Shown: one piece after another, positions 7,990 through 17,606 of the stretch
Numbering within the stretch: the first letter of the stretch is position 1
Layout: the number at the start of each line of letters is the position of its first letter
NCBI GenBank assembly: GCA_963674825.1
Contig: OY771587.1
Span: 768,001-832,000 of the forward strand
DNA from: Candidatus Cloacimonadales bacterium
Lineage (GTDB): Bacteria; Cloacimonadota; Cloacimonadia; Cloacimonadales; JAIOQZ01
DNA: 64,000 bases
Direction of reading: 5' to 3'
Made by a program: the position numbers and the translations under genes
The notes under the pieces: generated by a model
The model's database searches: none
Seen by the model: only the letters and a program-made list of their open reading frames with translations
What the model was told of the DNA's origin: nothing

Positions 7990-10900
7990 ATGAATTGGAG
8001 AATCTTGCTTCTCGCTTTGATCACGCTCTCGGCTGTCAGCCTGAGCGCGGACGTGATCATTAATGAGATCATGTATAACACCCCCGGTAACGACAACGAA
8101 TGGGTGGAACTTTACAACGATGGCGAAGCAGCTGTCGATCTGGAAGGCTGGTGGATGGTTGACGACGATGAGGCGCATACAGCGCTCGTCTTCCCGAGTG
8201 GCTATTCGATTGCTGTCGGTGAATATTTCACCGTTGCGATCAGCCATCACGAGCTTGCCGATCCATTCCCCTTCACACCAGATTTTGACTGGACCGATGT
8301 AAGCGACTGGAACCTCGGCAACGGTACGGATGAAGTCAACCTGTACGATCAGAACGATGTGCTTGTCGATCAGGTTATCTACGATGATGGCGATCCGTGG
8401 CCGACAGCGCCGGACGGAGAAGGTCCATCTCTCGAACTGATTGATCCCGAAATGGATAACTCCCTGGCAACAAGCTGGCAGGCGAGTTACGTCGATGGCG
8501 GAACCCCCGGAGAAGCTAACTCCCAAGCCGAAATGCCTATCTTGACGATTGAACCGTCTTTCTACGATTTTGAGACCGTGGAAGCCGGAGAAACCTACGA
8601 AGTCACGCTTACCCTTTACAACACGGGTACGCAGCAGCTCTCCCTCGAAGGCGTCGAATATCCTTCGGATGAGTTCGACCTCAACGAGCTGGATCGTAAT
8701 CTCGATTTACCGCAGACCATCGAAGCCGGTGAAAGTATAACTGCCGTCCTCAGCCTTGACCCGAACGATCCCGTTCGCGACTATGTATTCGAAGATGTGA
8801 TAACTTTCACGGGTAACTTCGAGACAGTAGAATTCGAAGTCAGCTACACCATCGTTACAGAATCGGTTGGTATCGTGATCAACGAGATCATGTACAACTC
8901 GCTCAGCTATGACAACGAGTGGGTCGAACTTTACAACGACAGCAACGACGCTGTGGATCTCGAAGGCTGGTACATGATCGACGACGACGAGACGCATACC
9001 GCGCTTGTATTCCCGGCAGGTACGACGATCGCTGCCGGCGAATATTTCACCATAGCGCTTTATCACGACCCTCAGGCAAGTGAGTTCCCATTCACACCTG
9101 ACTATGACGCTACAGAAATCATCGACTGGAACCTCAACAATACAACGGATACGATCAACCTCTACGGTCCCGACGACAATCTCGAAGATGTCGTGACCTA
9201 TGCTGATAGCGGTGAATGGCCGACCCTTCCGGATGGAAACGGCCCCTCGCTCGAGCTGATCGATCCCACCTACGACAACAACCTGGCTGCAAGCTGGCAG
9301 GCAAGCGCTGACGACGGTGGCTCACCCGGCGAAGAGAACAGCGGCGGCGGACAATTCATCGAAGTCTCGACCATCGCGGAACTGCGTGCACAGGAACAGG
9401 GTTCGAATATTTATCGTCTTACTGGCGAAGCAATCATCATCTTCCAGCAAGACTGGCGTGGCCAGAAATGGATTCAGGATGAGACTGGCGGCGTTCTTAT
9501 CGACGATAACTCTGGTATTGTCGCCACTGAATACAATCTTTGGGACGGTATGACCAACGTTACCGGAACCATCACCGAATACGGCGGACTGATCGAATTC
9601 CAGCCCACCGAAGATCCGGGCGCAGCAAGCTCGACGGGCAATGTTATCGTTCCCGAAGCCGTTACCCTCGCTCAGCTCACCAGTAACTTCGATGACTACG
9701 AATCCGAATTGATCCAGGTTATCGACCTCGAGTTTGCCGACACCGGCACATTCGCCAACGGTACCGTTTACAGCGTGACCGATCCGAGCGGAACATTCAA
9801 CTTCCGTACAACCTTCTACGATGCTGATTATATCGGATCCGAAATTCCGCAATCTGCCACCAACGTGACCTGTATCCCGAACTCACGTACCGACGGCGAC
9901 TACATCTCCGCTCGTTATCTGAGTGACTTCGGTTCGGAAGGTCCGGCTCTGACGGTATCTCCATCTTCGATCGCGTTCGGCGCGGTTCTGCTCAACGAAA
10001 CCGAGATGGAAAGCTTCAGTATGATCAATTCCGGTACTGAAGACGTCACGATCAGCTCGATCACGACCCAAAGCGCCATCTTCACCATCACAGCCGATGA
10101 AGAAGGCAACACGTTCACATTCCCAATCACCATCGAGCCCGGTAATGTCGAACTCGCTTATGTTTGGTTCACACCTGAAGAAGTGACAAACTACACAGAC
10201 CAGGTTACCATCGGCAGCAACATCGATGACGTTGTAGTCAACCTTTCCGGTAGTGGTAGCGCTGGCCTGGCAAATGTCGTGATCAACGAAATCATGTACA
10301 ATCCTTCGGGCGACCAGGGCGATGACGATTACTACGAATTCATCGAGCTCTATAACAACGAAGAATACGAAGTCGATCTCTCCGGCTGGAACTTCCCGGC
10401 TGGAATCGAATTCACCTTCGATAGCGGTGTAACCCTTGGCGCAGGTGCATATCTGATTATCGCTAAAGACCCCACCTCGATCGAAGAATACTGGAATATT
10501 ACCGGTGTTTACGGTCCGTATAGCGGTAACCTCGGAAACAGCGGTGAGTTGGTTCAGCTCGCGGACGCTGACGGCGCTATCGCAGACTACGTCGAATACC
10601 TCGATGTAGCGCCATGGCCCACAGGCCCCGATGGCAACGGCCCTTCTCTCGAATTGATCGATCCCACGTATGACAACAGCCTCGCGGAGAACTGGCAGGC
10701 AAGCTCTGATCTCGGTGGTACTCCTGGTGCAGTTAACAGTGATGGCGGACAGCTGATCGAAGTTGCCAACCTTGGCGAGCTTCGTCAGCAAGAAACTGGC
10801 TCGAACGTCTATGTAGTGACCGGTGAAATCATCCTCACCTATCAGCAGGAATATCGCTACCAGAAATACTTCCAGGACGACACGGGTGCGATCCTCATCG

Positions 10901-11646
10901 ACGACTTCAATGGCATCCTCGCAACCGCATACAATCTCTACGATGGTATCACCGGCCTGACCGGTACGATCACCGAATACGGCGGAATGCTTGAATTCCA
11001 GCCCACGCTGGACCCTGGCGCTGCCACCTCCACCGGCAACGAAATCACACCGCAGATGGTGACCCTCGCCGAATTCAACGCTGACTTCGATGAATACGAA
11101 GGCGAATTGATCACAATCGCCGGACTTTCTTTCACTGATACCGGTGTATTCGAAAACGGTACTGAATACGAAGTGACGGACAACAGCCGCGAGACCGCGA
11201 CCTTCCGCACAACGTTCTACGATGTCGATTACATCGGAACCGATATCCCGCTCGTGCCCAGAAACGTTACCTGTATTCCGAACTCTCGCACGGAAGGCAA
11301 CTACCTCACAGCACGTATGGAATCCGATTTCGGCGATGTCGGAAACAACGAAAATGATCTCCCCGCGAACCAGACCATCCTGGCTGGCAACTATCCGAAC
11401 CCGTTCAATCCTACTACTACCGTTCGTTTTGCCCTCAAGGATAAATCGAACGTGACCATCAAGGTCTATAACATCAAAGGTCAGTTGGTCAAGACACTGG
11501 TAGATGGTAAGATGAGCGCTGGAACGCACGAAGTTGTGTGGGAAGGGCAGGACAACCGCAACCGCTCCGTTGGTTCCGGTGTCTATATGTTCCGTATGGT
11601 TACACCAGAATACGAGAAGACCATCAAATCGCTGCTGCTGAAATAA
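7990..11646 (+). CDS. Large acidic secreted protein: 3 lamin-tail domains, 2 Ig-like (choice-of-anchor D-like) domains, 2 OB-fold-like modules, C-terminal sorting domain
   Basis: Three (V/I)INEIMYN...E(W/F)(V/I)ELYN...GPSLELIDP...W.AS...GG(T/S)PG..N repeats; two IQD.TG.ILIDD...FRTTFYD modules; ends NYPNPFNP...KSLLLK. Confidence 0.85.
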   Translation: MNWRILLLALITLSAVSLSADVIINEIMYNTPGNDNEWVELYNDGEAAVDLEGWWMVDDDEAHTALVFPSGYSIAVGEYFTVAISHHELADPFPFTPDFDWTDVSDWNLGNGTDEVNLYDQNDVLVDQVIYDDGDPWPTAPDGEGPSLELIDPEMDNSLATSWQASYVDGGTPGEANSQAEMPILTIEPSFYDFETVEAGETYEVTLTLYNTGTQQLSLEGVEYPSDEFDLNELDRNLDLPQTIEAGESITAVLSLDPNDPVRDYVFEDVITFTGNFETVEFEVSYTIVTESVGIVINEIMYNSLSYDNEWVELYNDSNDAVDLEGWYMIDDDETHTALVFPAGTTIAAGEYFTIALYHDPQASEFPFTPDYDATEIIDWNLNNTTDTINLYGPDDNLEDVVTYADSGEWPTLPDGNGPSLELIDPTYDNNLAASWQASADDGGSPGEENSGGGQFIEVSTIAELRAQEQGSNIYRLTGEAIIIFQQDWRGQKWIQDETGGVLIDDNSGIVATEYNLWDGMTNVTGTITEYGGLIEFQPTEDPGAASSTGNVIVPEAVTLAQLTSNFDDYESELIQVIDLEFADTGTFANGTVYSVTDPSGTFNFRTTFYDADYIGSEIPQSATNVTCIPNSRTDGDYISARYLSDFGSEGPALTVSPSSIAFGAVLLNETEMESFSMINSGTEDVTISSITTQSAIFTITADEEGNTFTFPITIEPGNVELAYVWFTPEEVTNYTDQVTIGSNIDDVVVNLSGSGSAGLANVVINEIMYNPSGDQGDDDYYEFIELYNNEEYEVDLSGWNFPAGIEFTFDSGVTLGAGAYLIIAKDPTSIEEYWNITGVYGPYSGNLGNSGELVQLADADGAIADYVEYLDVAPWPTGPDGNGPSLELIDPTYDNSLAENWQASSDLGGTPGAVNSDGGQLIEVANLGELRQQETGSNVYVVTGEIILTYQQEYRYQKYFQDDTGAILIDDFNGILATAYNLYDGITGLTGTITEYGGMLEFQPTLDPGAATSTGNEITPQMVTLAEFNADFDEYEGELITIAGLSFTDTGVFENGTEYEVTDNSRETATFRTTFYDVDYIGTDIPLVPRNVTCIPNSRTEGNYLTARMESDFGDVGNNENDLPANQTILAGNYPNPFNPTTTVRFALKDKSNVTIKVYNIKGQLVKTLVDGKMSAGTHEVVWEGQDNRNRSVGSGVYMFRMVTPEYEKTIKSLLLK

Positions 11647-11666
11647 TCCACAGCGATCATCATATC

Positions 11667-11697
11667 AAACGCCCGTCCACTCGGATGGGCGTTTTTT
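11667..11697 (+). terminator. Rho-independent terminator
   Basis: AAACGCCCGTCC/GGATGGGCGTTT hairpin plus T run. Confidence 0.85.
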
Positions 11698-11784
11698 CAT
11701 GCCACATTTGCTTCTGGGATTCCATCAACAAATATTCATTGACACCGGGCACTGATACCGCATGCTTCAGAACAAGGAGCTTCA

Positions 11785-13839
11785 ATGGGACAAACAACGC
11801 GTAAATTTTTACAGGAAAAAGCAGCCATGATTCTAACGGCCAGCCTGGTGGTTCCCATCACCGTCTTTCTGGTAACAGGCTATCTCCTGCTGAGCACCAT
11901 CGTGAAACAAAAGGATATCACCAACCTGAGCAGCCTCGCTCAGAATGTGAAATTCCTGGAAAGCAAGCGCACAAACCAGTCGATGCAGAAGCAAATTACC
12001 ATCACCGACACACTGAACACGATGTTCGAGATGAAGATTGACGGTCAGTTCCTGAACTTCCTTACTCGCGAAAATCCCGATCTCGATTCTTACATCCTGC
12101 TAACGCCCAACCGTGTTATCGGCTCGGGAATTCAGCTTAGCAACGAGCAGCGTGAAAAGCTGCTGGAGATCAGCCATGAGCAAAAAGAGGGCGCCGGTTA
12201 CTACCTCGGGGGGGGCAAGCGCTACATCATGACCTATTCTGTGATCGACGAAGAGGATATCGATCCTACGATCCTGGTGCTTTACTGGAATTATACACTG
12301 CCCGAGAACCTTTATATCAACACGCTTAAAAACTTCCATACCATGCGTATCGACTGGGACCGCATCAAGACGGCTTCAACCGATAAATACGAGACCGAAC
12401 GGCGCTTGATCGACAGCATTATATCATCCTCGGACGGTATCTTCATCGAACAGCTCCCGGATAACATGCTTTCCGCGCACTTCTTCCTGAACGACATCTT
12501 CGGCAAGCCCATCGCGATTGTCACCATGCAAACCGAACGCTACTTCGTTCTGCAAATGAAGCGACTATTCTGGATCAGCGGTCTTTCGCTCTCCTTCCTC
12601 TCGATCATCTCCGCACTGCTACTTGCACGCAAAGCAGCTTCGTTCCTGATGAATCCGGTGGAAAAACTCAGTTACCAGATGAACCAGATCGCCAGCAACC
12701 CGGTTCGCTCCGATGAAATCCACGGCGAAGCATATTCGCAGCTCGACTTGCTGGTCTCATCGTTCAATGGAATCCTACGCTCGTTCAAAGAATACTACGG
12801 CTCCGTGAAAAAGTACGAGACGATCGTCACAAATATCAAAGAAGGTATCTTCTGGAGCGATAATCAAGGCTTCCTGGTGATCTCGAACAAAGCATTCGAC
12901 GATATCTTCAGCAGCATGGGACCGGTTGACAACCTTTGCCAGATCTGGGGTTGTAATCCGGAAGAATTCCACGATAAAATCTCGGAGTATGAAGACGGAA
13001 AAGAAATCGAAGTGGATGGTCGTTATTACCTGCTGTTCGTGAACGAATACAGGCAGGATGATCAGGCCAATTTCCTTGGGCTCATCTCGGAGATTACCCA
13101 GCAGAAAGAAGCGGAAATCGAACGGAAACGGCTCGAAATGCAGCTTCAGACCTCGAAGAAGCTCGCTGAAATCGGGCTACTTATCGAAGGAATCTCGCAC
13201 AATCTCAATTCTCCGCTGCATAATATACTGGCATACGTGCATTTCCTGCGTAGCGAATTCGGCGACCATAAAGACCTGATGAAGCTACAAGATAACGGCC
13301 AGCGCATGGCGGAAATCATTAAATCGCTGATGAACCGGATGTCGGAAGCGGTAGTGTTTTCCGCACGGGCAATCGAAATCAATGAGCTGGTACGGTTGGA
13401 ACTCGCTTTCTTCGAGCACAATCTCTATTTCAAGAACAACGTTCGGAAGGTTATCGAATTGCAGGACGACCTGCCGCAAATCATGGCGGTTTATAGCGAT
13501 ATAAGCCAAGCGCTCTCGAACTTGATCTCGAATGCTGTGGATGCGGTGAAGACCACACATGACAAGGTCGTAACAATTCAGACTTTCATGCGGGACAATA
13601 ATTTGGTAATTGCGGTTGAGGACACGGGTATCGGAATTGCACAGGAAGACCTGCCCACCATTTTTGAACCCTTCCAATCATCGAAGGAGCAAACCAATGG
13701 TGTGGGAAGAGGTGTCGGACTGGCGATATCGAGACAACTTTTAGAGAGCTATGACGCGGTGATCACAGTCAATAGCACGCCCAACGTGGGGAGTCGCTTC
13801 GAGATCGTTTTTCCGGAAGATCGCTTCGTTAAAGATTAG
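11785..13839 (+). CDS. Membrane sensor histidine kinase (periplasmic domain, HAMP, PAS, HisKA, HATPase)
   Basis: Two TM segments, H-box GISHNLNSPL, N-box NLISNAVDA, DTGIGI, IFEPF, G.GVGLAIS. Confidence 0.9.
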   Translation: MGQTTRKFLQEKAAMILTASLVVPITVFLVTGYLLLSTIVKQKDITNLSSLAQNVKFLESKRTNQSMQKQITITDTLNTMFEMKIDGQFLNFLTRENPDLDSYILLTPNRVIGSGIQLSNEQREKLLEISHEQKEGAGYYLGGGKRYIMTYSVIDEEDIDPTILVLYWNYTLPENLYINTLKNFHTMRIDWDRIKTASTDKYETERRLIDSIISSSDGIFIEQLPDNMLSAHFFLNDIFGKPIAIVTMQTERYFVLQMKRLFWISGLSLSFLSIISALLLARKAASFLMNPVEKLSYQMNQIASNPVRSDEIHGEAYSQLDLLVSSFNGILRSFKEYYGSVKKYETIVTNIKEGIFWSDNQGFLVISNKAFDDIFSSMGPVDNLCQIWGCNPEEFHDKISEYEDGKEIEVDGRYYLLFVNEYRQDDQANFLGLISEITQQKEAEIERKRLEMQLQTSKKLAEIGLLIEGISHNLNSPLHNILAYVHFLRSEFGDHKDLMKLQDNGQRMAEIIKSLMNRMSEAVVFSARAIEINELVRLELAFFEHNLYFKNNVRKVIELQDDLPQIMAVYSDISQALSNLISNAVDAVKTTHDKVVTIQTFMRDNNLVIAVEDTGIGIAQEDLPTIFEPFQSSKEQTNGVGRGVGLAISRQLLESYDAVITVNSTPNVGSRFEIVFPEDRFVKD

Positions 13840-14651
13840 CCGCGCAAAGCCTCACGCATTTCGAACATCTTCACACACTGATCCAGCAGCGCTGGCATAT
13901 CCGCAAGTGGAATCATGCTGGAAGCATCGCTGAGCGCTTCGATAGGAGCGGGATGTGTTTCGATGAAGAGGCCATCAACAAATCCGGTAGCAAGCGCTGC
14001 ACGCGCCATCATGGGTGCAAACTCAGGCGTACCGCCTGAAGTATGATGCAGGGACGGCTTTTGCATGCTGTGAGTCACATCATATACCACCGGAAATCCC
14101 ATGCCGCTCATGATCGCGAAGCTGCGGAAATCCACCACAAGGTCGTGGTAGCCGAAACTGGTGCCGCGTTCGGTGATCAGCACGTTGTAGTTATTCTCTG
14201 CCGTAACCTTCTGAGCTGCGTTCCGTATATCTTCGGGTGCCATAAACTGACCCTTCTTGATGTTGACGATGCGTCCCGTGGTGGCAGCTTTGCGAATGAG
14301 CCCAGTCTGTCGGCTCAGAAACGCCGGAATCTGGAGGATGTCGGCAACTTCCGCTGCTTCATCTACTTCATCGGTTTCGTGGACATCGGTAAGGATAGGG
14401 AATCCGAATTCGTCTTTCAGCTTCTTCAGCAGATTGAGCCCTTCGTTCATGCCGGGGCCCTGGAATGACATGACAGAAGTCCGATTCGCTTTCATGTAGG
14501 ATGATTTGAAGATAAATGTGATATTGCGCTTGTCGGTTTCTTTCTTGAGAACTTCCGCGGTTTTATACATAATCTTTTCGTCTTCCACCACGCAAGGTCC
14601 CGCGATGAGAAAGAGCTTGTCCTTCGCTCGCAATTGTTGGTACAGGTCCAT
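13836..14651 (-). CDS. kdsA: Kdo-8-phosphate synthase
   Basis: IAGPCVVE, KSSY.KANRTS, QIPAFLSRQT, NIKKGQF, TERGTSFGY, GLFIETHP. Confidence 0.95.
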   Translation of the reverse strand: MDLYQQLRAKDKLFLIAGPCVVEDEKIMYKTAEVLKKETDKRNITFIFKSSYMKANRTSVMSFQGPGMNEGLNLLKKLKDEFGFPILTDVHETDEVDEAAEVADILQIPAFLSRQTGLIRKAATTGRIVNIKKGQFMAPEDIRNAAQKVTAENNYNVLITERGTSFGYHDLVVDFRSFAIMSGMGFPVVYDVTHSMQKPSLHHTSGGTPEFAPMMARAALATGFVDGLFIETHPAPIEALSDASSMIPLADMPALLDQCVKMFEMREALRG

Positions 14652-14779
14652 GTTTATCCACCTTTTCGTGCACTTTCAAACCGTTTTGAAGAAGCTGTGG
14701 GTCTTGTCCAGCGTTTTCTCGCGAAATCCCGTTCAATATTCTACAAGAAATATAATCGGTTCAATTTCAGAAGGTTATC

Positions 14780-15130
14780 TTATACAAGTCTGCGACGACG
14801 CTGTATGCGACGGTGAATACGGTAGTTATTGGCTACAACGAGCAGATAGAGGAAGTTGCTGAGTAGAAGAACACCGACGATTTCTTTTCGAGCCTGCGGA
14901 TAGTACCATACCATCAACGCAAGAATCGGGATCAGCAAAAGTTTCAGCGTCACAAGGCCGCGTTTGACGCCGAGTTTCCTCAAAAGGAATCGTGCGACGG
15001 GATTTCGTTCGCTGCGTGTGGATGTGTTACTCACTACCAGGAACGTTGAGTGGACGTCAAGGATGTTGAGTGCGATAAACACGAAGAGCAGCAACAGAAA
15101 GATGGGAAGCGAGAATATGAGTGCTTTCAA
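14780..15130 (-). CDS. Small membrane protein, DUF5658-like
   Basis: Three hydrophobic segments with LNILD..ST and ERNP motifs; TTG start overlaps the upstream stop. Confidence 0.55.
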   Translation of the reverse strand: MKALIFSLPIFLLLLFVFIALNILDVHSTFLVVSNTSTRSERNPVARFLLRKLGVKRGLVTLKLLLIPILALMVWYYPQARKEIVGVLLLSNFLYLLVVANNYRIHRRIQRRRRLV

Positions 15131-15360
15131 TTCTTCTTATCCTGATCGACGATTACTTCTTTGTCGGGATCGAGGTTGTCCCGACGTTGTCGCTTCGATT
15201 GCTCACGAAGCCGTTGCCGGGCATAAAACCACAGGACAAGCAACACCGGCAGCGTTATGTACCACAAGCGCATCAACAGGTAGAAAAGCCGGGCTCCAAG
15301 CCTGAAAATCAGAAGCAGAACCAGCACGGCAATAAGGATTCTTACGATGTTCTTCAACAT
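15127..15360 (-). CDS. Small membrane protein of unknown function
   Basis: Hydrophobic N-terminal half and charged tail; ATG overlaps the fliR stop (TGATG). Confidence 0.65.
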   Translation of the reverse strand: MLKNIVRILIAVLVLLLIFRLGARLFYLLMRLWYITLPVLLVLWFYARQRLREQSKRQRRDNLDPDKEVIVDQDKKN

Positions 15361-16142
15361 CAACCTCCAGTAGCTCTGATGATTCCCATAATATCCTCTC
15401 GGAAAGCATCAAAAAGATGCAGAAATACGGATGCAAAATATCCCCAATAGAACGTCAGCATATAGAACCCAACCAGAATTCCAAGCGGCATCGCCACAAT
15501 CAGCACATGCATGTCGGGGTTCAGCTTCGATAGCAGACCGAGGATAACACGCTCGATCAGCAGCACTGCGAACACTGGCGCACCAATCTTGAGCCCGATA
15601 ACGAATATCTCAGATGTTATCCGTATCATTTGATTCAACAATGGCGCAGGGAATGTTACCTCTGTCAAGGGAATGATGTAGAAACTATCGAATAGCGCTT
15701 GAAAGAAGAAAAGATGACCGTTCACAGCAAACAGCAGCAGCACCGCGACAAAGTATTTCATCTGCCCCAACACCTGTACGTTGTCCTCGCTGGTGGGATC
15801 GACGAGCGTCATCATGGAAAGACTCATCATTCGGCCCATCATGAAACCGGCCAGATGCAGCCCTTCGAAGATTATCCGACTCGCCACACCAATTATTAGA
15901 CCAACCAATACCTCCTTCCCTGTGTAGAAAATAAGATAAAGGAAGGATACGGGAAGAACATCCGGGATGGGTACGACACTGGCGGTAATAAAAGCGAGAA
16001 ACATACTCAAAGCCATGCGGAAACGGAGATCAATCGACGGCGAAGACAGCAGCGGCATTGCGGTAAGCATCGAGCCGATGCGCACAAGGATGAGCAGAAA
16101 CTGCTCCAGCTCGGCGAGCGTGATTCCAAGATATTCGAACAT
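15360..16142 (-). CDS. fliR: Flagellar export gate protein FliR
   Basis: LVRIG....P, KEVLVG, NGHL...AL.DSF, KIGAP; follows fliQ. Confidence 0.92.
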   Translation of the reverse strand: MFEYLGITLAELEQFLLILVRIGSMLTAMPLLSSPSIDLRFRMALSMFLAFITASVVPIPDVLPVSFLYLIFYTGKEVLVGLIIGVASRIIFEGLHLAGFMMGRMMSLSMMTLVDPTSEDNVQVLGQMKYFVAVLLLFAVNGHLFFFQALFDSFYIIPLTEVTFPAPLLNQMIRITSEIFVIGLKIGAPVFAVLLIERVILGLLSKLNPDMHVLIVAMPLGILVGFYMLTFYWGYFASVFLHLFDAFREDIMGIIRATGG

Positions 16143-16411
16143 CAGCGATTCATCGTTTGCAGTATGTTAATGATGTAATTCATGTACTCCATGAAACGAT
16201 TGAGCATCCAGGGGATTGTGAAGAGCATGACCAGCAGCACCGCAGCGATCTTTGGAATAAAGGTCAGCGTCATCTCTCGAATCTGAGTAACCGTCTGGAA
16301 AATCGAGACTAATAAACCGACTACCAAGCCTGTTACCAGTACCGGCGCAGCGATAATCATCGTGAAATAGAGCGTCCGTGACGCGATTTCGATTACCAGT
16401 TCTTGTGTCAT
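16142..16411 (-). CDS. fliQ: Flagellar export gate protein FliQ
   Basis: GLLVSIFQTVTQIREMTLTFIPKI; 89 aa from ATG 16411. Confidence 0.95.
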   Translation of the reverse strand: MTQELVIEIASRTLYFTMIIAAPVLVTGLVVGLLVSIFQTVTQIREMTLTFIPKIAAVLLVMLFTIPWMLNRFMEYMNYIINILQTMNR

Positions 16412-16419
16412 ATCATGCC

Positions 16420-17163
16420 TCAATTGAAGCTAAGTACCAGTGACTGGATCACCAGGAACCATCCATCCACCATTACAAACAGTAGAATTTTGAATGGAGC
16501 CGAGATCAGCACCGGGGGAAGCATCATCATACCCATGGACATGAGAATACTCGCGATGATCATGTCGATCATCAGGAATGGAAGATATAGCAGGAATCCC
16601 ATCTGGAATGCAAGCCTCAGCTCACTGATGGCGAATGCGGGGACGATCACGTGCAACGGCAGGTCTTCAGCGCTATCCGGCTTCTCCATGTGAGCGTTGT
16701 TTACCATCAAAGCCAGGTCCTTCTCACGCGTCTGCTTCAGCATAAACGTGCGAAGCGGCTGAACGCCCTTCTGGAAGGCATCCTGATGGCTAAGTTCACC
16801 ACGGAGATAGGGTTGCAGCGCAGAATCGTTAATGTCCTTGAAAACCGGTGCCATGACGAAGAACGTTAGAAATAACGCCAGCGCAATCACGATCTGATTC
16901 GATGGCGCAGATTGTGTACCGACAGCCTTTCTGACCATTCCCAGCACCACCGCGATGCGTGTAAAGGAGGTCATCAGCATCAGGATCGATGGCGCAACCG
17001 AAAGGACGGTGATCAGCAGCAGGATTTGTAGCGAAACCGCCACTTCCTGTGGATCTTCGGTGGCTTCGACACCCAGTGTAACACGCGGAAGCGCTTGTGC
17101 CTGGAGCATCCCAGCGAAGATGATCAGCAATAAAATGATAATTGGGATTGCCTTGCGTTTCAT
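16420..17163 (-). CDS. fliP: Flagellar export gate protein FliP
   Basis: MTSFTRI, ALFLTFFVMAP, PAFAISELR.AF, MGMMMLPP, FVMVDGW. Confidence 0.96.
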   Translation of the reverse strand: MKRKAIPIIILLLIIFAGMLQAQALPRVTLGVEATEDPQEVAVSLQILLLITVLSVAPSILMLMTSFTRIAVVLGMVRKAVGTQSAPSNQIVIALALFLTFFVMAPVFKDINDSALQPYLRGELSHQDAFQKGVQPLRTFMLKQTREKDLALMVNNAHMEKPDSAEDLPLHVIVPAFAISELRLAFQMGFLLYLPFLMIDMIIASILMSMGMMMLPPVLISAPFKILLFVMVDGWFLVIQSLVLSFN

Positions 17164-17606
17164 TACTTCTTTCCGAACTTTTGAATAATGTCGCGGAACT
17201 TCACGGGTTCCAGCTTGCGATTCGATTCATCTATTTTCGCGAGAATATCGGGATCGGTGACCTTGTCGATAACATCGACGCGTTCAGCCGTCATCGCGAG
17301 TATATAAACCGCATCCAGCGATTTCACGATCACAATCGAGTTCTTCGCGTTCAGCGGCGTAACTTCCAATATCTGGGTGGTGTCCTTCAATTGCGAAATA
17401 CGGCGTCCCTGCAACGTGAAGCGCTTGAGTATCCACAGGAATGCGAACAACAGCACAAAGACCACAGCAAGCCCGAAAATTAACGTCCCCAAGCTGCTCA
17501 TGGTACTCGGTCCGTTGTATGCACCATAATTGGTCGTCGGTGTGTCGCTCTGCCCCATCAGAAACGTTGCGACAAGCAGGAAGATCAGGGCAACGAGGCT
17601 CTTCAT
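17163..17606 (-). CDS. fliO: Flagellar biosynthesis protein FliO
   Basis: Single TM followed by an ILEVTPLNAKNSIVIVK beta domain; located between fliY/N and fliP. Confidence 0.8.
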   Translation of the reverse strand: MKSLVALIFLLVATFLMGQSDTPTTNYGAYNGPSTMSSLGTLIFGLAVVFVLLFAFLWILKRFTLQGRRISQLKDTTQILEVTPLNAKNSIVIVKSLDAVYILAMTAERVDVIDKVTDPDILAKIDESNRKLEPVKFRDIIQKFGKK

